This document shows, piece after piece, positions 22,236-31,366 of a stretch of DNA of 64,000 bases; within the stretch, counting starts at the first letter, position 1, and each line of letters starts with the position of its first letter. The notes under the pieces were generated by a model, which saw only the letters and a program-made list of their open reading frames with translations, searched no databases and was not told the origin of the DNA. The position numbers and the translations under genes were made by a program. The DNA is from a virus, in the IMG/VR virus record IMGVR_UViG_3300048918_000116, positions 7,245-71,244 of that record, one strand, 5' to 3'.

Positions 22236-22658
22236 ATGACTATCTCAACCAAACGCACTCTCAATCGTGGTAACTGCCTCGAGTTAGCCAAGTTCCTTGA
22301 AACCCCTGACCTCAAACAAACGACAGGGATGTTACATATTAATGATTGCTTCTGTCTCCTTGGAGCAGCATGTGAAGTCTATCGTCAAAATACAAAGCGT
22401 GGTCGTTGGGAAGTACAACAGTCTTCATCCGGCAACCAAATGTTCCAGTTCATTACAGCGAACGATCACAACATTAGTACATTGCCGCAAGAAGTTATCA
22501 ACTGGTATGGTTTCGATAGCGACTTGCCTTACAGTCCTGTATCTGATAGATCTTCGCCTTTCTTTGGTACAATATCTTATTCAGGTCTAAACGACGGCGG
22601 TTTTACCTTTCCACAAATTGCCAACATCTTACGCTATCACACAACTATCCCTGACTAA
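22236..22658 (+). CDS. hypothetical protein, paralogue family B
   Basis: KQTTGML...FCLLGAAC...LNDGGFTFPQIAN. Confidence 0.7.
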   Translation: MTISTKRTLNRGNCLELAKFLETPDLKQTTGMLHINDCFCLLGAACEVYRQNTKRGRWEVQQSSSGNQMFQFITANDHNISTLPQEVINWYGFDSDLPYSPVSDRSSPFFGTISYSGLNDGGFTFPQIANILRYHTTIPD

Positions 22659-22733
22659 CACCTAATATCCAACCGTACGTAATAACAACAATCACCAATC
22701 AGCATCCGTAATGCCTAGTTCTGCTAGTATCCT

Positions 22734-23210
22734 ATGCTGTCAACAAGTGTTGAAAACAACCTAACAGTAAAGGCAATTATGTCAAAAAATCCTGAGTTTG
22801 CTAAAGATTTAAGCTCCTTAATAAATCTTGTGTCTGTACATCCTCAAGAGTATCGTTACCCTGACCCGTCTAAGTACGCATATACGCGGCCAGCTCTTCA
22901 ACGCTTTATCAACAATCTGCGTACCAACAAATACATTCAGATTACTGGATGGTATTTCCACGATGACCCAATAACATATCCTAACCATTGCACTTTTGAT
23001 GGTGCCGTAGTTCTAGAAATATTGCACAAACCGGAAGAAGAATTTTACGCACAACAGCGAGCGTTCTTTGACCTTGGTTTTCTGCGACGCGGCGTTGATA
23101 CACCAGACGGTTATTATTCGTTCTGGGACCTGAACGATAAACACGGCATTACTTTCCCTCAATTTGCCGACCTTATTCAGTGGGCGGCCCGTAGCGGTCA
23201 AACTATTTAA
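22734..23210 (+). CDS. hypothetical protein, paralogue family B (start uncertain)
   Basis: FINNLRTNKYIQITG...LNDKHGITFPQFAD. Confidence 0.65.
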   Translation: MLSTSVENNLTVKAIMSKNPEFAKDLSSLINLVSVHPQEYRYPDPSKYAYTRPALQRFINNLRTNKYIQITGWYFHDDPITYPNHCTFDGAVVLEILHKPEEEFYAQQRAFFDLGFLRRGVDTPDGYYSFWDLNDKHGITFPQFADLIQWAARSGQTI

Positions 23211-23247
23211 TCATTCCATCAACGCGCTAACGTTTATCTTTGTCGAG

Positions 23248-23290
23248 TTTGCGTTAGCGCAAACCCTATTGCACCACAACACGGTACAAT
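23248..23290 (+). promoter_or_regulatory. early promoter with upstream palindrome (copy 3)
   Basis: TTTGCGTTAGCGCAAA (23248-23263) and TACAAT at 23285. Confidence 0.6.
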
Positions 23291-23323
23291 GTAAATGCAC
23301 ACCCCATAACAGAAGGAGCAATC

Positions 23324-23626
23324 ATGCTAACTACTCGCACTCAAGTTATTAACTACCTTGTAACCCAAGGTAAGCCCGAAAACTTCGCTCGCGCAATGAC
23401 TAATGAATTTCTGAACTGGGATAGCAACCCAAATGATCCAGACTTCGTTCCCGACCTAATTTGGTTTACTGAGCCATCGCATAAAGATTCCGATGTAGTA
23501 AGCATTACCGAAAAAGAAGCACTCAAGTTTTATGACGATTTTATGGGCTACGGAGTAGAACTCACTCCTGACGGTATCACATTCGATTATGACTTAACCT
23601 TCGACACTCAAGGCAATTACCTTTAA
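23324..23626 (+). CDS. hypothetical protein (paralogue of 19088 ORF)
   Basis: RBS AAGGAG; MLTTRTQVINYLVTQGKP. Confidence 0.7.
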   Translation: MLTTRTQVINYLVTQGKPENFARAMTNEFLNWDSNPNDPDFVPDLIWFTEPSHKDSDVVSITEKEALKFYDDFMGYGVELTPDGITFDYDLTFDTQGNYL

Positions 23627-23675
23627 CCACACTGACGAGTTCATAGGAACGAAACCTCTGCGAAGAGGCCTGTGG
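23627..23675 (+). ncRNA. type I hammerhead ribozyme, variant with GCC at the cleavage triplet
   Basis: CCACA-CTGACGA-GTTC(ATAG)GAAC-GAAA-CCTCT(GCGA)AGAGG-CC-TGTGG: all three stems and the core are present, but U16.1 is C. Confidence 0.75.
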
Positions 23676-23702
23676 TCAACAACAATTTGAAAGGAGCTAA
23701 CT

Positions 23703-25600
23703 ATGCACAATATTCCACTCAACACGCACATTGAATCGTTCGACCGTGAATCTGCGCTCGTGGATGAAGTGTGCCCTCTTACGGATACGCCACTCAACCT
23801 AGAAGAAGGCAATTATGTTTTCTTCTACGACTATCCGATGAACGAAGATGTTTGTTTCAATCATCGCCTAACGCCAGCAATGAGCGTTATTGATGTGCTT
23901 CTGTTAGCAACAGAAGATTACAAAGAAATCTACAAGGACTATGACAATACTTGGGGGGGGGGCCACAGTCTGAATAACCTTTTCTTTGAAACGGTTCGCA
24001 TTGCACCGCAGACCAAGGAAGTTTGCTTTAATATTGGTTCGTAACTATGAAAGTTCTAACCGCACCCACAGCACTCGCACTCATTGCAGCAATGCACGAG
24101 ATTGTCAAAGGTGAGTCCGAGTTCTGCACTTGGGAAATAGTTCATAACCCAACTGGTATGTCAATCCTCATCTTCAACAGTGCAAGTGAAGTAATTGGTG
24201 AAGTTAAACAGTCGTATTAACTGGAGTCAATAATGGCAATTCACTTATTGTACGTCTACATTGAAGAAGGTGACGGAATGTCTGAAAATGCGCTGGAAGA
24301 AGCAGTGCATGACGGTAACTACGTTGATCTTACTCTGTCAAACAATATGGCGCTAGTAGTTAGTGCCAAGGAAATGTTGGATGATTATATTGCATTGAAA
24401 GGAATTTAAATGGCCTTCTTTGAACCTACACAAGAACGTATTGATTATCTTATCGACATGTATAGTGAAGGTGGTTTTGAGTCTGCTATGATTACTGAGA
24501 AATCAGATCATCATTACTACGAAACCGAATTGCAAGATATCGGTCCATTGTATATTATGGATGATTTTGGCAATGCACAAATTGTGGCCTTTGAAATGTT
24601 CGGACAGGAAATGTTCATCTTTCCTCCACTCAAAGTTTTAACTTAACAGGACAACTAATGGACCAACATCTTATTCGTTACCTCGCGCTCATAGCGGCAG
24701 CGAACGCCCGTGTGGCAGGTATGCAAGCGGAGAACAAGCTCAACGAGTTCTACCAAGTGCGTCCAGCTTATGGTGAAGACCACTTTAATGCGATCGCCAA
24801 CGAGCTTGAAGCTTTATCTACTGAAATAGTCAACTACAGAGGTTAATATGACTTTTGATGAATTATACAATGAATCGCTAACGCGTCTTGATGCTTACAT
24901 AGCGACTCAGAAAACCCAAGACCAAATCCTTGACGCTAAGCATGTAAAGCGCCATGTTGAAATCAACAAAAGGTTTTACGAGCACCGTCACGCTAAAGGC
25001 GAGCTCCTGTATATTTGCAGCTCTTGCGGTCAGCTTGAAGCGGCTACTTACACGGAGCCAACCCGAACCCAAATGCTCGATCGCAATGTTTGCTTTCATT
25101 GCAATTACTGGGCAGAAATTGTTACCGAACATCCGGTAAATCGCGTCATTGTTGACGGTAAAGTGTACAGCGACGCGGGTAATGATGACGGGCATTCTAT
25201 CAGCAGGTTCCGCGGTCACGGTGGGCATGTATGGCACATTCAAGACGGTAACGGACATCGCTGGGAGACTAACAACCTCTGGTTCAATGGTGTCGTTCCA
25301 GAAGAGTATCGTGTCAAATTGCCTGACAACGCCAAGTTTCTTTATCCTAACAAATAGGAGGATATTATGACTGAACGGGCAACAGCATTCTCAACACCTG
25401 ACGAAATTTCTTACTTTCGTTTCGCATCAATTAAGCAGCGTTTGAAGCTTGAATCGGTCGGCCTTAAGTTTCGTGGCGGCAGTACACGAAGTCTGGTCGC
25501 CAAAGAGTTTGGTCTTAAGCCGCGAGCACCGTTCGCAGAATACATCGCCTACTGTGAATCGCAAATGGCTATTCTGATTGCCAAAAAGAAGCAATCTTGA
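23703..25600 (+). other. small early hypothetical genes (23703-24044, 24410-24646, 24658-24846, 24848-25357, 25367-25600 and two shorter ORFs)
   Basis: Co-oriented ORFs with RBS; 24848 ORF has CxxC...CxxC motifs. Confidence 0.6.
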
Positions 25601-25695
25601 ATAGTGAACCAATCCAAAAATGTTACAATTAATCTTTAGCGTTTAGCTGCATTTTAGCGCACAATGTAATTGTACCGCAGCAGCAAGCAATATCA

Positions 25696-25760
25696 GCCAC
25701 ACTGATGACGACCTTAATGGTTGAAACCCGCAATCTTCAATCTTCACGCGGGTCTGTGGC
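25696..25760 (+). ncRNA. type I hammerhead ribozyme
   Basis: GCCACA-CTGATGA-c-GACC(TTAAT)GGTT-GAAA-CCCGC(16 nt)GCGGG-TC-TGTGGC; predicted cleavage after GUC at 25754. Confidence 0.85.
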
Positions 25761-25792
25761 AGGTGCCACGTTTAACTCTACAGGAGTGTATC

Positions 25793-26950
25793 ATGACTGC
25801 ACAGAAATCCAGCAGCAAGTCTGCAACCAAAAGCCAGCCAAAGCCGGCCAATAAGTCTGCGGCGAAGCCCGTTCAGGTGGCACCGCAAACTACGGTCGCG
25901 TCGGTACAAGAGCCGTCAGCTGCTCAAACCGCTGAAAGCTCGGCCGCTCCGAACATTGTGCAAGCATTACTTGCCAATCCGGATATGTCTACCAAGCTGA
26001 CCAAGCTGGCCTACGAAACAGGTGTACTGCCTGACCGTCGTCAGGACGAACGCCGCCACGATGGTGACAATGCAATGCAGTTCGCGGTGACGCAACTCAC
26101 CACTCCGGCAGCAAGCGCAGCAGCTAGCACCGAAACCGCACTTGCACCGTTTACAGCACCCCCAAGCGAACCGCAAGCTAGCGCACCGCTTACAGCACCG
26201 ACAGCAGCACCCGCAAGCGTACCAACAGCAGCAACAGCGGAAATGAATCCGACGCAACTGGCACAGTTTCAGGCTGCAATGCTTGCACTTGGTCAGCAGT
26301 TCGGAATGCCGGCGGAAGTTATTCAGAACCTCAGCAATCCTTCAACACTGTTGGCTACTACGCCGCGTTCAGCGAAGGATACACGGAACAGTATTACTCG
26401 TCCCGGCGCTGATACGAAGACCGGCAAGGTGTGGGCAATAGGCGATGCAATTAGTATGCAGAAAGGCGGTACGCCAGAAACTACGCCAGCAAGCATTGCT
26501 GAACTGAAGGCGCACCCTGACCTTCGCCAGTTTAATGACCACACTATCCGGACGCAATATGCTCGCTGGAGGCAATATTACGGCGTAAGCGGTCGCGTTC
26601 AGTCGGAAATGGTTTCTGCGCCGGCTACCAAGCCAACGCAAAAGGCGTTCCCGAAAATGACTGATGACGACTTCGCACGTTACATGGATTTGCGTAGCCG
26701 TGGTCAGTTGGATGAGGGTTACAAAGAATGGCTTGACTTTGAAGAATATCGTCGGAATCCCGCAGCAGGGAATGCAGCAGCCGGCCAAGCTCAAGCACCA
26801 AAGCAGTTCGCACCAACCGAAGCACCGATTGGGCCAATGGCTGATGAAGTTTACAACAGGCTTCTTCTGTTGAAGAACAACAACACGCTGCCAATCAACT
26901 TCCAAGCAGCATTTGACGCTGAAACCGCTCGCCGGGCCTCAGCAGCGTAA
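25793..26950 (+). CDS. Ala/Pro-rich protein with HTH-like domain (paralogue family A)
   Basis: Start re-placed at ATG 25793 after AGGAG; ITRPGADTKTGKVWAIGD...TIRTQYARWR. Confidence 0.8.
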   Translation: MTAQKSSSKSATKSQPKPANKSAAKPVQVAPQTTVASVQEPSAAQTAESSAAPNIVQALLANPDMSTKLTKLAYETGVLPDRRQDERRHDGDNAMQFAVTQLTTPAASAAASTETALAPFTAPPSEPQASAPLTAPTAAPASVPTAATAEMNPTQLAQFQAAMLALGQQFGMPAEVIQNLSNPSTLLATTPRSAKDTRNSITRPGADTKTGKVWAIGDAISMQKGGTPETTPASIAELKAHPDLRQFNDHTIRTQYARWRQYYGVSGRVQSEMVSAPATKPTQKAFPKMTDDDFARYMDLRSRGQLDEGYKEWLDFEEYRRNPAAGNAAAGQAQAPKQFAPTEAPIGPMADEVYNRLLLLKNNNTLPINFQAAFDAETARRASAA

Positions 26951-26966
26951 TGCCTGGCGCATTGAA

Positions 26967-26995
26967 GCCGGAGAGGGCAACTTCTCCGGTTATTT
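26967..26995 (+). terminator. intrinsic terminator
   Basis: GCCGGAGAG-GGCAA-CTTCTCCGGT followed by TATTT. Confidence 0.55.
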
Positions 26996-27070
26996 GCGTT
27001 CGCTCTTGTAAAGCTTCAACGATAGGCCCTTTGCCTATCGTGGGCGCTTTGCCCAGAACTGGAGGTTATT

Positions 27071-28009
27071 ATGAAACCCAATCTTAAGCTCAAGATTTTG
27101 CCATTGCTAGTGTTATCAGCATGCGGCGGCGGAGCTCCCGACCATGTACTCACCAGCACAGTAGGCGACACACCTGTTCAGTGCGAAACATTCCTCACAC
27201 CGAACTCATCGCCCAACACAGCTACGACCAATTGCATTAGTCCGACGCTGCCGTTTCAGCCCACAGTGCAGCCAGCTTTGCCTCCCGGCGTAACCGCGCC
27301 AATTCCTCCGCAAGTGCCAACTACACCTGCGAAGGTCGTCAACGCACCGACGACAGCACCCACAGCGTCGCCAACCGCACCAACAATGGCCACTCCGGTT
27401 CTGGTAGTCAGCGCACCTAGCGTTAGCTATTCGCAACGGGCAACTTCCGACCGTACCGACGAGCAAAGCAAGCAGCAAATTCACGTCATATACCTGCTCG
27501 CTAAAGGCGCCGTTGATCGCAACCTTGACAGAGTTGGTAGCATTCAGAATTACACCGACGCTATGAATAGCTGGCTTACTGATCGTACTAGCCAGAAATT
27601 CAACTTTGACCGTTATCAAAGTTACGTTGATGTAACTACGATAGCTTTGTTGAATGAAGATAGCTGGTACGATAGCCAGCCTAACCAGTTCAAACGCGAT
27701 GCTATCGAGAACGAGCTACTGACTCGCGGCTTCGTAAATAGCGCCAACAAGCGTTATCTTGTCTTCTACGAAGGCTACAACCCTGACGGTAACTGCGGCG
27801 ATTCAAGAAACGTAACTAGCATCCTTTATCTGCTCGCTGCGGATGGCCGTTGCGCAACCGAGCTTGTCGCCATACATGAACTCCTTCATAACTTCGGTGC
27901 AGTTCATAGCAGCGTCCCGAACGATATCATGTATAGCGGCCCGCTTAACCGTTCCACCAGCTACACAATCACCGCGTCCGAACTCAAAGGCGCTTACTTG
28001 GAGCAATAA
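27071..28009 (+). CDS. lipoprotein with metzincin-type zinc metalloprotease domain
   Basis: Lipobox LSAC, Pro/Thr linker, HELLHNFGAVH and Met-turn DIMY. Confidence 0.7.
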   Translation: MKPNLKLKILPLLVLSACGGGAPDHVLTSTVGDTPVQCETFLTPNSSPNTATTNCISPTLPFQPTVQPALPPGVTAPIPPQVPTTPAKVVNAPTTAPTASPTAPTMATPVLVVSAPSVSYSQRATSDRTDEQSKQQIHVIYLLAKGAVDRNLDRVGSIQNYTDAMNSWLTDRTSQKFNFDRYQSYVDVTTIALLNEDSWYDSQPNQFKRDAIENELLTRGFVNSANKRYLVFYEGYNPDGNCGDSRNVTSILYLLAADGRCATELVAIHELLHNFGAVHSSVPNDIMYSGPLNRSTSYTITASELKGAYLEQ

Positions 28010-28011
28010 TT

Positions 28012-30024
28012 ATGAAAACCGAATTTAGCGATCACAAACTCTTCGTATTGGAAGCCCTTCATCGCGGGCTACAAATCTTTACATACCCTCCTTCACACGA
28101 AGGTATGCACGAAGACGATATGCTTGAGCCAACAGTTGTTGGCATTCGTCAGATTAACCCAAAACCAGACTATCCCGGCGACAAGTATATTGATATTGCG
28201 TTCGGGATGGGTTACTTGATATGCGTTCGCGAAAACGAATGGATATTTGAAGGTGTGCTATTTGATACCGATGCTGAGTTTGCAGATTGGTATGAAGAGC
28301 AAATGTTGAAAGATTTAGATGAGCAGATTCAATTAATAAATAAGTCAATTGGCCCCGACGACAGCAACAAGGGTTAAAATTAACGTGCAACAACTTTTCA
28401 ACCACAACCGAAAGGAATAATATGGCCAGGCAAAAAGAATATACACGGAAAGTTCGTGCCGTGTATTACGAAAATATGAAGGCTACAAAAGTAGTCAAAG
28501 AGACTCGAGGTACTCGTCCTGAAGGTATGGTTCAAGCTGCTTTTCGTCATCTGCGTTACAATCACTATGCCGCAATGGTTGTTGAGGTATTTGACGATGA
28601 TGGTAAGCTTTATGACATTCTCAAACGCCATATTAACGGCAAAGTTGAGAGCATGTTACAACAATCTAAAATAAAGGATTGATATCATGACAACCCAAAA
28701 CAAGCGTCATGCTAATTACGTTAAGATGGCCGAGTTTCGCGCGGCTGCTGTGGCGTACATTAACACCATTGATAAGTTCACGCCTGGCAGCGAAATCATT
28801 GGTTCGCTGTCACACGTACTTTCTAGCATGGGAGTAAACGAGAAACAGGCCAATGTTCAGCTAAGAGGCTTAGCAGAAGCAGGTCTTATTGAAATCAACA
28901 AATCAGGTAAGAACTTCTCCTACAAAGGCAATAATGGCGACATCGCACTGGCTGCAAAGTCCGGTACAATGTGGGCTCGGGAAGCAAAGGCTGCTTTTTA
29001 CCACACTCAGCCTGAAGCGACCGTAATGGCGGTTCAACAAAGCTCAGTTAAGCCAGGCAAAGCCAGTGCGCCAACGTTCACAGTTGATCTGGTAAAGAGC
29101 TCTGGGCGCGTGAGGGTTGCGCTTGGAGGTGTGGTCATTGAAATCGGTGTCGTTGATAACTAGGAGAAATTATGAAACACAAACCAGAAGAGTACCGCCA
29201 CATCCGTGCGTGGGGACGTCATCTTCATTCCTTCAACTATTACATTGAAGACCAACAATGGAGAGCATCCGAAGAACACGCTCCGTTGAACGCAATCTTC
29301 AAAGGCACTGACGGAACTTGGCATACTGTAGATGGTATTGCCAGCGAAGAGCTTAAGACTAAGATTGAGCACGATGCCACTCGGGATGTATTTTAGCGTT
29401 TGCACCGTACCGCTAGCGCAAAACACCGCGCTTGCGCATGCGGCAAGGGGGGTAGGCGCGGTTTTTAGCTTGCACCCCTATGCTGCATAAGCGCAGCATT
29501 AAAAATAGCGTGTAGCGCGTTTAAACAAGCTGTCCGTTTTAACTCAACAAGGAGTGATTATGGCAAGGCGCGGTGCTCTCAATGTAAAAGACTTTGAGTT
29601 TTTAAAAGCTGAGAAGGAAAAAGGACCGAAGACCGTATGGGTGGCCCGATTTCCTCTCTGGTTAAGGATGAAACCCATTGAATGTGAAGATCCTAAACTA
29701 TTTATCAAATTGGTAGCAAAGATTCAGAAGATGTACCCAGATATGAAAATTACTATCCACAAGATGAAACTTTCAGATTCAGACAACCTTACAATAAGGG
29801 AGGAATAAATGAGTGAACTCTGTACGAAAGAGAGACCAATGCCTGCGAACCAAGACCAAATAGGTCAGAATTGGGTTCACGATAATTGCAAGATGTTAAG
29901 CTTTATAAACTATGTTGCTCACTTCAAGTGTATGAACTGCGGTTATGAATTTCGGTCATCTTATAATACATCTAAAAAGAGAGGAATAAATGCTAACGGT
30001 GCAAGAGGTAAAACCAAAGCTTGA
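28012..30024 (+). other. small hypothetical genes (28012-28377, 28422-28682, 28687-29163 winged-helix-like, 29172-29396, 29554-29808, 29809-30024)
   Basis: Co-oriented ORFs with RBS. Confidence 0.6.
29386..29533. repeat. GA/TC-free island of a dispersed motif family
   Basis: 148 nt with no GA or TC; shares TTTAAACGCGCTACA, TAGCTTGCACC, GTTTGCACCG and AGCGCAAAAC with 57064-57207. Confidence 0.7.
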
Positions 30025-30487
30025 AAATCTCAAAAATTGGCTGATTGCCCGCGGTGCTGAGGTTTTTGATCCAATTGGCGATTTTGAGTTATTTCGGTTT
30101 AAGACGCAAAAAGGCTGGTCATCTTTTTATTTTAAGAAGACCGGCGTTATTACATTCTTCGGTGAGGCTGAAACTGTATGGAACGCTTTTACCAAGAATA
30201 CTAACTGGAGAGCATGCCCACGAGTAAAGCGCCCTAAAGCGCATAACCGGCATTTTGATGCAATTCGCAAGCGTGACGGCGATCTATGTTTTTATTGCCG
30301 ACTTGAAGTTGAAAATATAGACGCTTCTGAAGAACATTTGGTGGCATTAGCTCACGGAGGTCCTAATCATATAAGCAACAAGCTTCTGGCGCACAAGAAA
30401 TGCAATAACGCTGTTGGCCATCTTAGTGCCGCCGAGAAGATTAAAATTCATGTAGCCGCTATTACAGCCATCCGAAATAAAAAATAA
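29990..30487 (+). CDS. HNH endonuclease
   Basis: RDGDLCFYC...EHLVALAHGGPNHISN...AHKKCN. Confidence 0.85.
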   Translation: MLTVQEVKPKLENLKNWLIARGAEVFDPIGDFELFRFKTQKGWSSFYFKKTGVITFFGEAETVWNAFTKNTNWRACPRVKRPKAHNRHFDAIRKRDGDLCFYCRLEVENIDASEEHLVALAHGGPNHISNKLLAHKKCNNAVGHLSAAEKIKIHVAAITAIRNKK

Positions 30488-30497
30488 GGAAGACGCC

Positions 30498-30980
30498 ATG
30501 GAACAAATTTCAAGAGTACAACAAGAGGTTGCATATCCAGATTATGAAGATTACATTGTAGCATCAGCTCTAGCTATTCTAAGCAAGAGATTGAAAAAGA
30601 GTACACCGATAACGGATCCTGCCGTCATGCGACAGTATTTAGCCGTCCTGTTAGCGGAGCGAGAGCACGAAGTTTTTGGTCTAGTATTCCTAGACTATCA
30701 ATCTCGTGTCATAGCTGTAAAGGAAATGTTCAGAGGTTCGCTTAACCACAGTTCAGTGTATCCGCGAGAAGTCATTAAGGAAGCACTTTCCTTCAATGCA
30801 GGGTTCGTGATTTTGTTTCACAACCATCCGGGCGGGTTGCCTACGCCTAGCAAAGGAGACTTAGACCTTACCAAAGGTCTTGCAGACGCACTCAAGTTAG
30901 TGGATATTGTAGTATCCGACCACATTATAGTGTGTGGTCATAAAACCTATTCCTTTAAAGAACAGGGTAAGTTGGGCTGA
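30498..30980 (+). CDS. radC: RadC-family JAB domain protein
   Basis: EHEVF...VYPREV...HNHPGGLPTPSKGD...DHIIV. Confidence 0.9.
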   Translation: MEQISRVQQEVAYPDYEDYIVASALAILSKRLKKSTPITDPAVMRQYLAVLLAEREHEVFGLVFLDYQSRVIAVKEMFRGSLNHSSVYPREVIKEALSFNAGFVILFHNHPGGLPTPSKGDLDLTKGLADALKLVDIVVSDHIIVCGHKTYSFKEQGKLG

Positions 30981-31114
30981 TATAAGACACATTCGCTCAC
31001 CAAATACAATAATAAAGAGCGAATTGTGACGCAGTAAATATTTTTTGTTCCCCGTTGTGATATTTTTGCTTGCGTATTACAATATTGTTTTGTCCCTCCA
31101 ACACACTGTTTAAC

Positions 31115-31363
31115 ATGACAGATCAACCTATCTTGTCAGCAGAAGAGACAGCACAAAGTCGCTTCAATAAAACTTATATAAGTTCTGCTGAAATCATGCA
31201 AGAATTAAATGTTTCGCGCCAAGTTATCCAGTATGCAAGAAAGACTGGTAAGCTGCCTGGCGCTATTGTCATCCAAGAAAATTCAGTTTACATTTGGGAG
31301 AGATCGGAGATTGAAGATTACCTACACGCATGGAAAATAATTCTAAACGCGCGTAGGGGATAA
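31115..31363 (+). CDS. AlpA/excisionase-like HTH protein
   Basis: YISSAEIMQELNVSR...GKLPG...YIWER; upstream of primase. Confidence 0.65.
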   Translation: MTDQPILSAEETAQSRFNKTYISSAEIMQELNVSRQVIQYARKTGKLPGAIVIQENSVYIWERSEIEDYLHAWKIILNARRG

Positions 31364-31366
31364 AAC

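Noticed and set aside
25721-25792. N-terminal extension of the 409-aa ORF
   Set aside because: Overlaps the hammerhead; the RBS supports ATG at 25793
31115-31363. Excisionase implying a temperate lifestyle
   Set aside because: No integrase or repressor switch is visible; the small HTH beside the primase fits a replication module
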